64,000 bases of DNA, from assembly GCA_963836045.1 (NCBI GenBank), contig CAWIIC010000004.1:77283-141282 (forward strand), given 5' to 3'. Positions within the stretch are counted from its first letter, which is position 1; the number at the start of each line of letters is the position of its first letter. This document shows, one piece after another, positions 7,533 through 17,962 of the stretch. The DNA comes from an uncultured Pseudomonadota bacterium (GTDB lineage: Bacteria; Chloroflexota; UBA5177; JAJPKF01). The notes beneath the pieces were generated by a model, which made no database searches, was not told where the DNA came from, and saw only the letters and a list, made by a program, of their open reading frames with translations. A program made the position numbers and the translations under genes.

Positions 7533-9405
7533 TCAAAGTGCCGCGGCTTCGGTAAAACGATCCGGTGTCTCAGTTGTACCTGGTCGCTTCTCCCTCCGAT
7601 TGAGCTGCCAGGGATTGGAGAAGTAGAGCAGGTTGCCTACCATTCCGTAGTTATTCAGGTAGACCCGCAAAACGTCACGGGTCAGTTCGGCCGAGAGCTT
7701 GTCAAATGGCATTGCCGCGTCCAGCATCTTAAGAGAATACTGGTCCGACAGGGCGTCGTAGAGTCGCATCTGGTCGGACAGGGCCATATCTCCCCCATCG
7801 GGAACAGCGCGTGAGGCGGCCAGACGAGGGTCGATTCGCAGCAAGAAAGCTGACTGCGGGTCTGCGGCTGCCCTCTTCAACACGTTCAGGATCACAGTTC
7901 TGAACAGTGGATGTTCGTGCAAACGCTGACTCAGCTCTACATCCACATCACAGAGATAGCGGTCTGCAATGACGATTTCACCGCGCAGTAGCCGCCATCG
8001 GACCTGGAGAAGCCACAGAAGGTAGTCTGCAGCGCTCAGGCCGGCCCAGAGTTTCAGAGGCAAACCCCTCCGTCGTAACACCTTGCCCGTAGCCCGTGTC
8101 CACTTCCTTTGCGACCCGGCTTCCGCGTCGCGAGCGAACTAATCGGCTCAGGGCGTAGACCAGGGGAGTTGCTCCGAATCGAGCCCACCTGACCTCAGCC
8201 CGCAGCTCAGCTATGGAGAACGCGTCGGCAAGTGCGAGTGCCTGAGCCGTCTTCCCGCTTCCATCCATACCGCTCAATGCGATGAGTGCGGAGTTTTGCG
8301 GGTGGGCTCCGATTTGTCCCTTGAATCCACGGGCGAGAGCCAGAGCCGTGAGGAGCGGCTTTTCTGCAAGTGGAATCTGCTTGTCGGCGTAGAGCTTGTC
8401 GAAGAACAGGAGTTTGCTCATCGCAAATGGCAGCTCGTGGGGTAGCAGTGGTGGCTTGCTCGCCAGGTCCCGCCAGTACCTGCGCGTAACCCGTTGGTTC
8501 TGCACGTCCTGTAGTAGCCGGTCGTGGCGTTGCCTTGGCACGCTTACACTTTCGAACAACTGCTCCTCGAGGCGGGCCAAGGTAGCCAGGCCAACATTGA
8601 GGCCGTTGACCCAGCCTCTCTGGACCGCCACGAAGTAGATGTACTCCCAATCAACGCCTAGCTCGACGGCGTACCGAACCTTCATCAGGTCGTGGAGCGT
8701 CAGCTCCTTGTTCTCAAAGACGGCGTGCGCGATGTTGATGAGGAGTGAATCTTCGGTCCCCGGCACCCACGTCCATCGATCATCCTCGGAGATTCGGCGA
8801 CGTCTCCATATCTCGGGCTCAATCATAAAACCCTGACCCCAGCCGACTCGGGTGTGCAGGTGTATTGCCGATGGGCTATCACCGCCGGCAAAAAGCCGAA
8901 AAAGCCACTTCTGAGGCTCCTCGACGTTCCGCAGCTCGACGTATCCGAGATCCAACAGATCCTTCCGGGCGCCGTCACAATCCGCGGGTCGGACGAGGAT
9001 GTCAAAATTATCACTCGTGTACGGAAACGCCGGTTCGATACCGACCGACTTGAAGCAGATCCATTCGACTCCATGCGATCTCCACGCTTCCGCCACGGCG
9101 ACAAAATGTCGGTGCACTCGCTCGTAGAGCTCTGTCTCCTGTTGCAACGCTGTTTTGAACGATTCCGACTGCAAGAGGCTGCGCAACCAGCTATCCTGGC
9201 TATGAGTCCCATCCCGCTCCGACGTTGATTCGATCACTTGACCGAATGACAACAGCGGGAGCCTGTTCTCCAGCATCGAGCTGACAAATTCATCATCATG
9301 GGGTGGTCGCCCGCGACGGACAACAAGACTTCGCCGCAATGCCTGGAGTATTTCCCATTTATCGGTCAATCTATCGAACCTCGGGCCGTGAAATTGGCGG
9401 CGCAA
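7533..9405 (-). pseudogene. Fusion of an NTP_transf_5-like nucleotidyltransferase and a dTMP-kinase-like P-loop kinase, frameshifted as assembled
   Basis: ORF 7978-9405 has the nucleotidyltransferase part (FPYTSDNFDILVRPADCDGARKDLLDLGY...IHLHTRVGWG), then the P-loop LSGMDGSGKTAQALALADAF. The rest of the kinase (EIVIADRYLCDVDVEL...) continues in ORF 7533-8081 in a different frame. The switch lies between about 8040 and 8110. Confidence 0.68.
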
Positions 9406-9745
9406 CGAAGGGTGCGCTTTGAGTTTTGAACGTCGTTCATCGTACGACCTCTTTTAAGAGGAGACCCCATTGTGGCCCATGGCCCGAATCGCATAGTGCC
9501 GCGACTCCGCAGCACCAGCATACTGTTCTGGCGTCTCGGACAGAACACGGCAAGCACCTCCGTGACGGCTCTCTGTCGGTGAGCGAGGAGAGCCAGTTTC
9601 ATCCTGACGCGGGTACGTGTGCTCGTACCGGCCTGTGTATCGACAACTGACAACTGATAAAGGCTCATCCTGACCAGCGAAAAACCATCCGCCCCCTCCA
9701 CTCAGGCGGAACTCCCACTCGTCGCGCCCTCTCAGCGGGTCGGTA

Positions 9746-11173
9746 GTGTTCAACATCGCGCTAACTATCGTCGCGCTTGTCTCGTCGGGTCTAGTACCGT
9801 TTGGCTTCAATGTCCTGGTGGGCAGGCGGTATGGGGGCCCGGCTCTCGGCGAGCTGAGCGTCGCATTAAGTCTGGCGCTCTTCCTCGGACAGATCCCGGG
9901 AACGATGAGCAGTGCGGCCACGAAGTATATCGCTGAGTCCCTGGGCGGCGAGCAAGGCGTCAGGGCCAGAAGCGTCTTTCAGTTCCTGCTGGTACTAAGC
10001 GCTGCTTTCTCAGTCCTGGTCGGCGCAGCTCTCGCGATTGCCGCTCCTATTGTGGCTGCCGCCTTGAAGATAACAACTGAGTATGTCTACCTGGCAGCTG
10101 CTCTGGTGCCCACCTACACGCTGTACCTGTACTTCAAGAGCGTTTACTACGGCGTGCAGCGCGTGCGACCGTACTTGACGAACGAGCTGGTTTCCGATGC
10201 GGCCTTCTTCGTGGCTCTCGGCGCTATCATCTTCCTCAATGCGACGCCCTGGCTTCTCCTGCCGTTCGTAATCAACAACGGCTTGTTTGCCCTGATTGCC
10301 CTCCGTTTCTTCCTCCCGGTACTTCACGGCTTCGATTGGGGCCGCCGCTGTGACCGAATGGCCGTCTTGAAGTATTGCGTAATAAACGGCAGCGGAACAG
10401 CAGCGAGTCTCGGGCGTTGGTCGCTTGGCATTGCCATCGCCGGTCTCTTTCTGTCGCATCAGTCCGTTGGCCTGTTCGCTGCCGCCCTGACGATCACGGC
10501 TCCTCTTCCGCTCCTACCTCGAGCCATTTCCCTGGTGACCTTTGCCACAATGGCAAGGCTGCACGGCGCCGGACAGCATGCGTCAGTGCAGTCGCTCCTC
10601 CAGCAGTCCACCGAGTGGCTCGTGTTCATACTGGGTCTGCCGTTTGGCCTGGCGATCATCAACGCATCGCTGATTTTGTCCATTGTTTTCCGGCCCGATT
10701 TTGCGGCAGCCGCGCTGGCAGCACAGCTAATCATGCTCGGCGCGTTTTTTACCGACATTTCCCGACCATCTATCGACGCGCTGTCGAGCACCGAGTACGT
10801 TCGAATCCCCACTCTGGCGAGCTTCGCCGGGCTCGCGGTTAGCCTGATCATGTGGTTCGGATTGATCCCGGCTTACGGCATCAACGCCGCCGGTCTGGGC
10901 TTCGCCATCGGTGCACTGGTGACTGGAGGCATTCCGGCGTACTACGCCTATAAGCGCATCGGGACGCATCCCTCAGTCTTTGTCAGACCCGTGGGCATGC
11001 TTTTGCTTCTGCTGATCCTGATGTCCGCTGCCGGTAAGTTTGCCCTACTAGCCTCGCTGATCTTTGTCGTTGGTATCTCGGCCTTGTACTTCCACTTGGT
11101 CCAAGGCGTCTTTCGTGCTTCCCGGCAGTTATACCTGAAGCGCACAACCGGGCTTAGCAACGGCTCCGCCTAG
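9746..11173 (+). CDS. Polysaccharide biosynthesis protein / oligosaccharide flippase (Wzx/MOP superfamily)
   Basis: 475 aa with about 12-14 hydrophobic segments throughout. It sits in a polysaccharide gene context. Confidence 0.78.
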   Translation: MFNIALTIVALVSSGLVPFGFNVLVGRRYGGPALGELSVALSLALFLGQIPGTMSSAATKYIAESLGGEQGVRARSVFQFLLVLSAAFSVLVGAALAIAAPIVAAALKITTEYVYLAAALVPTYTLYLYFKSVYYGVQRVRPYLTNELVSDAAFFVALGAIIFLNATPWLLLPFVINNGLFALIALRFFLPVLHGFDWGRRCDRMAVLKYCVINGSGTAASLGRWSLGIAIAGLFLSHQSVGLFAAALTITAPLPLLPRAISLVTFATMARLHGAGQHASVQSLLQQSTEWLVFILGLPFGLAIINASLILSIVFRPDFAAAALAAQLIMLGAFFTDISRPSIDALSSTEYVRIPTLASFAGLAVSLIMWFGLIPAYGINAAGLGFAIGALVTGGIPAYYAYKRIGTHPSVFVRPVGMLLLLLILMSAAGKFALLASLIFVVGISALYFHLVQGVFRASRQLYLKRTTGLSNGSA

Positions 11174-11175
11174 GC

Positions 11176-12360
11176 GTGGGCAGATTTCCCAAGGTCGCAT
11201 TGTCGTCGGTCGCCATACTCCTGGCCGCCGGCTTGGTAATCTTTCTGCTGGTTAGCCGACGGGAGGGCGAGAAGGTCATTCCCAAGCTGCCGGTTTCATA
11301 TACGGGAGTTAACTACTACGACCCAACGGACTACTTCACCAAATGTCCGGACTTCACCTGGCTCGAGGCGGCATGTTATGCAAACGAACAGCTCTCAATG
11401 TCTCCCAGCCACCAGCTCGCGTCCGATCTCGCATTCGTCCGGTCGACCCACATCGGTTCCTTCATGCGAGTGTGGGTGAGCCTCGACGAGCTAATGCGGT
11501 GGGATCCGACCACAGGGTACACGGGGTATAACCCGGCAGCCTTAGCCAACGTGGACTCAGCCTTAAGCCAGTTTGCATCTCAGCACATCAAGGTCGACCT
11601 CGTCCTTCTTGCTTACTCACAGGGTTCAGGGTGGCTGAAGCAGTTTCACCCCGAGGCTCTTGATGGTCAGCATCGCCAAATGCGGGCTAACTATCTACTC
11701 GCGGTGCGCGACTTCATCGAACATCTCGCGGCCAATCCAACTGATGCTTCTACAGTTGTCGTCATGGACTTACAGACCGAGCCCTACTATCAGCTTGAGC
11801 AATACTTCCATGACGCTTCGCGGTTGGGTACGTTCAAGTCGTGCGACAATGGATCCGGAACTGGGCGCAACGACTGCGTGGATCGTGACATCATTCATCC
11901 CTGGTTACTCGATTTGTACCGGACCGCGCGCTCGGCCTCGACGGCCTTCCGCTACACCTTCGCTGATACGGGAAGGCTGTTGACCACAGACCGGGTAGCC
12001 CAAAACTACTGGGTCTCGATGTACCCTGTAGACGTTTACGATATCCACATGTATAACGATGCCCCGTGGAACGACACGGCGCGGTGGGAGTCGTCGGCAA
12101 ACCTTGATAAACCTTGGTTCGCAGGCGAGGCGGGATGCGGGTCTGGTGACATTACATGTACGTACAATGGTCAACGCGCGCTACCGGTCGACTCTTGGTG
12201 GCTCGCCCATCTGAGAAGCTACCGAGCGCAAGCGGTCCTCATCGAAAGCCACGTTACCGTTTGGACCTACCCAAACGGTCCGACGAGTCAAACATTAACC
12301 CCAACTGGTCAAGCGGTGGCGTGCACGACCGACTCCACTCTTCCTCCATGTCGTACATAG
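11176..12360 (+). CDS. Membrane-anchored glycoside-hydrolase-like TIM-barrel protein (GH5-like, tentative)
   Basis: N-terminal TM anchor. Candidate acid/base motif VVVMDLQTEPYY and candidate nucleophile motif WFAGEAG, spaced as in clan GH-A enzymes. The start lies 3 nt after the flippase stop. Confidence 0.5.
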   Translation: MGRFPKVALSSVAILLAAGLVIFLLVSRREGEKVIPKLPVSYTGVNYYDPTDYFTKCPDFTWLEAACYANEQLSMSPSHQLASDLAFVRSTHIGSFMRVWVSLDELMRWDPTTGYTGYNPAALANVDSALSQFASQHIKVDLVLLAYSQGSGWLKQFHPEALDGQHRQMRANYLLAVRDFIEHLAANPTDASTVVVMDLQTEPYYQLEQYFHDASRLGTFKSCDNGSGTGRNDCVDRDIIHPWLLDLYRTARSASTAFRYTFADTGRLLTTDRVAQNYWVSMYPVDVYDIHMYNDAPWNDTARWESSANLDKPWFAGEAGCGSGDITCTYNGQRALPVDSWWLAHLRSYRAQAVLIESHVTVWTYPNGPTSQTLTPTGQAVACTTDSTLPPCRT

Positions 12361-12397
12361 ACAGTGTCGTTCCGGCATAGACCAGACTAGGAAGCAC

Positions 12398-13525
12398 ATG
12401 CAAAGAGTACTACTGACGTTTGGAACACGTCCTGAAGCCGTGAAAATGGCTCCGGTGGTCAGAGCCCTCAAAATATCCGAGCAGCTTGAACCTGTCGTGT
12501 GTCTTACAGGGCAGCATCGGGAAATGGTCGAGCAGATCTTACCCATCTTCGATGTTCGACCCGATTTCGACCTTGACGTCATGGCGCCGAATCAGAGTCC
12601 ATCTGATGTTGCGGCCGCCGTGTTTCAGCTGTTGCCGCGTACGCTTGCAGATGTCGAACCGGATCTTGTTCTCGTGCAGGGTGACACGACTACGGCAATG
12701 GCCGCCGCCGTCGCATCTCATTACGCAAAAATCCCGGTAGGACACGTAGAGGCCGGCCTCAGAACGGGTCAGCTGTACCAACCCTTTCCGGAAGAGGCTA
12801 ACCGAAAGGTGATCGGAGCGGTCACATCATTGCATTTCGCCCCTACCGACCGGGCTGCCGCCGCACTAAGAGCCGAATCCGTGCCCGCAGACCGCATATA
12901 CACCACGGGCAACACCGTCGTCGACGCCATACACTATCTGCTTGAGCGGTTGCCGCGGCTACCCGCGTCTCGAAATAGGCTCATCCTGGTCACGGCTCAT
13001 CGCCGGGAAAGCTTCGGGGAGCCCATGAAGCGTATTTGCCGTGCCATCAGAGACATCGTAGAGCAGCATCCCGACGCCGAAGTCTTGTATCCCGTCCATC
13101 CCAATCCCAACGTGCGGCAACCGGTGTACGACATCCTCGGCGGCGTCGATCGGGTGCGTCTGGTCGAGCCGCTAGACTACCTCGAGTTTGTACAGGTGCT
13201 CGATCAGTGTTACATCGCTCTTACTGACTCCGGCGGAGTGCAGGAAGAGGCCCCCATACTCGGAAAGCCGGTCCTAGTGATGCGAGATCACACTGAGCGT
13301 CAGGAGGCCATAGATGCCGGATGTGCCCGACTGGTCGGGACCAACCGGGATCTGATCGTCAGCCAGGCTGGCTTGCTTCTCGACGACGACGAGGAGTACG
13401 GCCGCATGAGCCGGCCGGTTAGCCCTTTTGGCGACGGCCACGCTGCCCCCCGAATTGTTGAGGCCATCGAGGACTTCCTGGCCCAGGACGAGGGTTCCTA
13501 CGCCCTCTCGAGCTCAGCGCTATAG
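12398..13525 (+). CDS. wecB: UDP-N-acetylglucosamine 2-epimerase (non-hydrolysing)
   Basis: 375 aa. LLTFGTRPEAVKMAPV, VQGDTTT, HVEAGLRT, TDSGGVQEEAP are classic WecB/MnaA motifs. Confidence 0.92.
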   Translation: MQRVLLTFGTRPEAVKMAPVVRALKISEQLEPVVCLTGQHREMVEQILPIFDVRPDFDLDVMAPNQSPSDVAAAVFQLLPRTLADVEPDLVLVQGDTTTAMAAAVASHYAKIPVGHVEAGLRTGQLYQPFPEEANRKVIGAVTSLHFAPTDRAAAALRAESVPADRIYTTGNTVVDAIHYLLERLPRLPASRNRLILVTAHRRESFGEPMKRICRAIRDIVEQHPDAEVLYPVHPNPNVRQPVYDILGGVDRVRLVEPLDYLEFVQVLDQCYIALTDSGGVQEEAPILGKPVLVMRDHTERQEAIDAGCARLVGTNRDLIVSQAGLLLDDDEEYGRMSRPVSPFGDGHAAPRIVEAIEDFLAQDEGSYALSSSAL

Positions 13526-13592
13526 ACGCTTTTCATATATCTTGCCACCCCGAGGGCAGAACCGGATAGCGTCTGGGCATTGCATCTCGATC

Positions 13593-13937
13593 ATGCGACA
13601 AAATAGAGATGAAGGAGTGCTGGTGAGAGATATTCTGCCCGATATCGTGCGCCTCCGGGAGGGCGGTAAGGACATCGCACTGGCGACCGTGATTAAGACA
13701 TCGGGATCAGTTCCCCGTCCAATCGGCGCCAAAATGGCAATGACTAAGACTGGCGAGATCGCTGGGTCGGTCAGTGGCGGATGTTTAGAAGCGGCCGTCT
13801 TCGAGGAAGCGATGGCGGTCCTGGAGTCTGGCCGGCCAAAGCTCCTTCATTACGGAATCTCAGACGAGATGGCCTGGAACGTCGGGCTGTCGTGCGGCGG
13901 CGAAGTAGATATCTTCGTAGAGCCTCTGGACTGGTAG
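13593..13937 (+). CDS. XdhC/CoxI-family N-terminal domain protein (stand-alone)
   Basis: ALATVIKTSGSVPRPIGAKMAMTKTGEIAGSVSGGCLEAAV...GLSCGGEVDIFVEPL. The start is taken at ATG 13593. GTG 13623, after a GAAGGAG site, is an alternative. The longer ORF from 13428 overlaps wecB and looks non-coding there. Confidence 0.7.
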   Translation: MRQNRDEGVLVRDILPDIVRLREGGKDIALATVIKTSGSVPRPIGAKMAMTKTGEIAGSVSGGCLEAAVFEEAMAVLESGRPKLLHYGISDEMAWNVGLSCGGEVDIFVEPLDW

Positions 13938-14112
13938 ACGGGCAACAGGGCTCCGCGAGCACATCAAGCAGACAGGCTGCATTCAAACGCCGCCCGGCTC
14001 ACGGTACGAAAGGCGAGGAGCTCCCGTCCGAAGCCGGCGAAGCATACAACCGCGACCGCTTGTCGAGCGTTGACTTCCGCCGACCCATAGCTTACTGAAG
14101 GAGTGAGACTTT

Positions 14113-15021
14113 ATGCGTATCCTTATGTACAACCGCGCCGGAGTACGTCGCCTCGGGATTATGCATGAGGATCACGTGGTCGATGTTGAAGACCTTATGC
14201 GCAGAGCCGAACTCGATCCATTTAGGGGATCTGCCCTAGATGTTATCCGAGCGGGGGCGGATACCCTAGAGCCGGTAGCAGAGCTGCTGGCTCAGCCGGA
14301 TAGCCGGAGCCGGATCGCATCGGCCAGCCGGCCGTTTCGAGAGATGGAGATAAAAGCGCCGCTAGATCCTCCCGTGGGGAACGTGATGGCCATCGGCCGA
14401 AACTACCCGGAACACGCAGCCGAGAGTGCAAGGGCACTGGGCCGAGACGTCGAACGGCCCACTGTGTTCACCAAAGCCCAGACATCGATAATCGGCCCAC
14501 ACGACGATGTGGTTGTCGACCCCAACGCGACGTCACAGCCTGACTGGGAAGCCGAGCTCGGCGTCGTGATTGGACGCCATGCCCTGAACGTACCTATCGA
14601 ATCGGGGCTTGACTATGTGTTCGGCTATACCGTGATCAATGACGTCTCCGCGCGAGACGTCCAGTCCGGTTGGGGAGGACAGTTCTTCAAGGGCAAGAGC
14701 CTCGACACCTTCTGTCCCATGGGTCCCTGGATAGTGACTAAGGACGAGATACCGGATCCTCAGGGTCTCGGGGTCAGGCTACGACTCAACGGAGAGATTA
14801 AACAAGAAGCCACTACCCGAGACATGATCTTTCCCGTGGCCGAGATCGTCTCCCAACTGTCTCTTGGCATGACGCTGCTGCCGGGCATGGTCATTGCCAC
14901 TGGGACTCCCAGCGGGGTGGGCTTCGCCCGAGAGCCCAAGGAGTTCTTGGAGCACGGGGACTTGATGGAGACCGAGATCGTCGGGGTGGGATTACTAAGT
15001 AACCGAATTGTCTATCGTTGA
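14113..15021 (+). CDS. Fumarylacetoacetate hydrolase family protein
   Basis: 302 aa. GRNYPEHAAE, DWEAELGVVIG, NDVSARD, ATGTPSGVG. GAAGGAG RBS upstream. Confidence 0.9.
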   Translation: MRILMYNRAGVRRLGIMHEDHVVDVEDLMRRAELDPFRGSALDVIRAGADTLEPVAELLAQPDSRSRIASASRPFREMEIKAPLDPPVGNVMAIGRNYPEHAAESARALGRDVERPTVFTKAQTSIIGPHDDVVVDPNATSQPDWEAELGVVIGRHALNVPIESGLDYVFGYTVINDVSARDVQSGWGGQFFKGKSLDTFCPMGPWIVTKDEIPDPQGLGVRLRLNGEIKQEATTRDMIFPVAEIVSQLSLGMTLLPGMVIATGTPSGVGFAREPKEFLEHGDLMETEIVGVGLLSNRIVYR

Positions 15022-15096
15022 GCGTCTATGCCTACTTCCATCCGGTATCTGTCCTCAATGCCGGCGGGTTCCGAGCCACCCACGGTCACGTGAGCC

Positions 15097-15693
15097 ATGA
15101 GCGCTGAGATGCTAAAGGCTCACGATCCAGTCGATTCCGATCGGCTTCTCCATGAGGACTACCAGTCGAGGTACGACATAATCCGCGATGCCGTGGCTCG
15201 CATTCTCTCGGTCATAGACGACCCACGTCGTCCCGACCTCGTCAAGACGCCGGAGAGAGTGGCCGAGATGTACCTCGAGCTAACGCAAACCAAGCCGTTC
15301 GACCTCAGCCTCTTTGACAATACGGACGGGTATGACGAGATGGTGGTCGAGGACGAGATTCCCTTTTTCTCTCTGTGCGAGCACCACATCGTTCCGTTCT
15401 TCGGCCTCGCCAAGGTGGCGTACATCCCGAAGAGCAAGATAGTTGGATTGTCAAAGCTGGCGAGGACCGTCGATCACTTCGCAGCAGGGCTCCAGACCCA
15501 GGAGCGCATCACCAATAGCGTGGCGGACTACCTCTGGACGCGGCTGGACTCTCAAGGAGTGGGAGTCAGACTGTCTGCTGAACATCTATGCGTTTCGATG
15601 CGGGGAGTGAAGAAACCGGGCGCCCGCACTATCACCACAGCCCTTCGGGGCATCTTCAAGCAGGCCCCAACCAGAGAGGAGTTCCTCCGCTAA
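15097..15693 (+). CDS. folE: GTP cyclohydrolase I
   Basis: 198 aa. FFSLCEHHIVPFFG, VGLSKLARTVDHFAAGLQTQERIT. Confidence 0.92.
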   Translation: MSAEMLKAHDPVDSDRLLHEDYQSRYDIIRDAVARILSVIDDPRRPDLVKTPERVAEMYLELTQTKPFDLSLFDNTDGYDEMVVEDEIPFFSLCEHHIVPFFGLAKVAYIPKSKIVGLSKLARTVDHFAAGLQTQERITNSVADYLWTRLDSQGVGVRLSAEHLCVSMRGVKKPGARTITTALRGIFKQAPTREEFLR

Positions 15694-15841
15694 CGGATCC
15701 CGCTTGGTCGCCCATGAGTCTCATCATCGGTGGCTGCGACTGAACAAGAATCACGGATTACCTCAGCCTCCAGCCAACGGATGACTAATGAGACTGAGAA
15801 AGGAGTCAGTACCAACAGCTGACTCTGCTCACGCACACCGT

Positions 15842-16948
15842 CTACACATTAAACCGGAAGTACACCACGTCACCCTCTTGCATCACGTATTCCTTGCCTT
15901 CGAGGCGCGTCTTACCCGCGCGCTTGGCAGCCTCGGGGGATCCCGCTTGGATGAGATCCTCCCAACTGGTAACCTCCGCCCGGATGAAGCCACGTTCGAT
16001 GTCACTGTGAATTCGGCCCGCGGCCTCAGGGGCGTGAGCACCTTTGCGAACCGTCCAGGCTTTTACCTCCGGCTCTCCGGCAGTAAAGAACGTCAGCCAT
16101 CCGAGTAGCCCATACGCCGTATGGACAAAGCGATTCAACCCCGTTTCGGTGACGCCAATGGCTGCGAGATACTCGCGAGCATCGACTTCGGAGAGATCCC
16201 CAAGCTCGGCTTCGGTGTCAGCGCTCACGACGGCGAGCTCTGCTTGGCGGTCAGCCGCCGCGGCTTCAAGCTGCTCAAGTAGTGGCCGCACCCCGTTCGG
16301 GTCGTCCATGCCCGCGCTCAGCGCTGGTCCCAGGTCATCCTCGGCCACATTTGCCACATAAATCATCGGCTTCAGGGTCAATAGACCGAGATCTCGAATC
16401 ACCTCCAGCTCGGTCAGCGAAAGCTCGACACTCCGGGCCGGCATCCCTCCGTCGAGAGCATGCTGCAGCTTTTGCAAAGTGTCTTCCTCGCGCAAGGCCG
16501 ACGGGTCTCCGCTGCGGGCCGCCTTGGTAGCCCGTTCAAGCCTCTTCTGAACACGCGACAAATCCGAAAGTGTCAACTCCAGCAGGATACTCTCGAGATC
16601 GTCTAGCGGAGTGGCTGCCTCTGGCCCAAAACCGAGGTCAGAACGCTGGTAAAAGCGCACCACCACCGCCAGGGCATCGATGCCCTGGAGATTGCTGAGA
16701 AACTGAGCGCCAAGCCCCCCGCTCTCGGCAGCGCCTCCCTTTACACCCCCGACATCAACCACCTGGATTCCTGTAGGCGCAATCTTCTTCGGGTGAACCA
16801 TATTCGCGAGGACCTCAAGACGGTCATCGGGCACTGGTACCGTCGCCATGTTTCCCCGGCCGGATGACTGGATCCCGTGAGTGAGCGCTCTGAACAGGGC
16901 GGTCTTGCCCGTGTTCTCCAGGCCGATAATGCCGATCGCGAGGTTCAT
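15842..16948 (-). CDS. ychF: Redox-regulated ribosome-binding ATPase YchF
   Basis: 368 aa. IGIIGLENTGKTALF G1 motif and the C-terminal TGS-like motif FIRAEV...G..R.EGKEY. Confidence 0.93.
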   Translation of the reverse strand: MNLAIGIIGLENTGKTALFRALTHGIQSSGRGNMATVPVPDDRLEVLANMVHPKKIAPTGIQVVDVGGVKGGAAESGGLGAQFLSNLQGIDALAVVVRFYQRSDLGFGPEAATPLDDLESILLELTLSDLSRVQKRLERATKAARSGDPSALREEDTLQKLQHALDGGMPARSVELSLTELEVIRDLGLLTLKPMIYVANVAEDDLGPALSAGMDDPNGVRPLLEQLEAAAADRQAELAVVSADTEAELGDLSEVDAREYLAAIGVTETGLNRFVHTAYGLLGWLTFFTAGEPEVKAWTVRKGAHAPEAAGRIHSDIERGFIRAEVTSWEDLIQAGSPEAAKRAGKTRLEGKEYVMQEGDVVYFRFNV

Positions 16949-17700
16949 TAAGCTCCGTCGGCTCTAATCAGGCGCCTGACGCCGTCAATGGCCGTCTCTA
17001 TCAGAGGCTCCAGCGACAGACTGACGACCTCGGTGGTATCGACCTTTTCTTCAGTGGCGTTGACCACCGCCATAATACCGCCGGCGCGCACATCGCGAAG
17101 CGTTGCGACCACGAACAGGGCCGCCGACTCCATCTCGGAGCACAGCACTCTGGACTCCTGCCAGATCGTCATCGGGTACTCGTGGTAAGGAATCGTACCT
17201 GGGGCAACATCCGAGTAAAAAGAATCCGCGGACCGGACAATGCCCGCTCGGAAGCTATTCCCCAAAGCTCGTGCCGCCTGAGACAAGGCAGTAACGACAT
17301 CGTGATCGGCAATCGCGGGAAAAATCGGAGGCACGTAGGCTTTGCTCGTGCCTTCGTCGCGAACCGCCGCCCGGGCGACCACGAGGTCACCCGTTCGGAG
17401 ATCTTTAGCAATGCTTCCGGCAGTCCCTACGCGAATCAGCGTGTCGACTCCGATGGCGATCAGCTCCTCCGCGGCTATCGCCGTCGACGGCGCACCGATT
17501 CCTGTAGACATCACCGAAACGGGAACAGCATCCAGCATTCCCGTATACGTGAGGTACTCGCGATTACTCGCAACCTGCTCGGCGTTGTCCAGATGGCGCG
17601 CGATCAACGGCACTCGACCGGGATCGCCCGGCATGAGGACGTATCGACCCACGTCGCCCCGTCTTAGCCGGATGTGAAACTGCTGCTCTTCCTCTGACAT
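16948..17700 (-). CDS. Nucleoside phosphorylase (PNP_UDP_1 family, uridine/purine nucleoside phosphorylase type)
   Basis: VLMPGDPGRV, STGIGAPSTAIAAEELI, RVGTAGS, EMESAALF. The start is placed at ATG 17700-17698 (MSEEEQQ). The longer ORF to 17757 begins inside a tetranucleotide repeat. The stop overlaps the ychF start (TAATG). Confidence 0.85.
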   Translation of the reverse strand: MSEEEQQFHIRLRRGDVGRYVLMPGDPGRVPLIARHLDNAEQVASNREYLTYTGMLDAVPVSVMSTGIGAPSTAIAAEELIAIGVDTLIRVGTAGSIAKDLRTGDLVVARAAVRDEGTSKAYVPPIFPAIADHDVVTALSQAARALGNSFRAGIVRSADSFYSDVAPGTIPYHEYPMTIWQESRVLCSEMESAALFVVATLRDVRAGGIMAVVNATEEKVDTTEVVSLSLEPLIETAIDGVRRLIRADGA

Positions 17701-17741
17701 AACGACCCCATTATCCAATGGCGAGCGGAACCCTAGCCTTT

Positions 17742-17785
17742 CCATCCATCCATCCATCCATTTACCAAGGCTGATGGATGGATGG
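17742..17785. repeat. (CCAT)5 and (ATGG)3 inverted tetranucleotide repeats separated by 12 nt
   Basis: Read directly: ccatccatccatccatccat ttaccaaggctg atggatggatgg. It can form a 12 bp stem in several slipped registers. It lies in the divergent region between the nucleoside phosphorylase and amidase genes. Confidence 0.9.
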
Positions 17786-17962
17786 ACGCGATCTCATGAA
17801 AAACAAGTGAACTTTTTGGGCCTCGATAGATTTTGCCCGACGGTCAGATCTCCGATGGCTTACCCACCTGAAACAATGGACGCAGTGCGGCTCTCCTCAG
17901 GACCTGGCCGCACTCCCGAATGACCTGATAGTTCAACTACAGGTAGATAGGAGTATCCTCTT

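Noticed and set aside
13428-13592. An N-terminal extension of the XdhC-like ORF that overlaps the end of wecB.
   Set aside because: The extension is Arg/Pro/Ser-rich nonsense in the wecB shadow frame. The conserved domain begins after ATG 13593.
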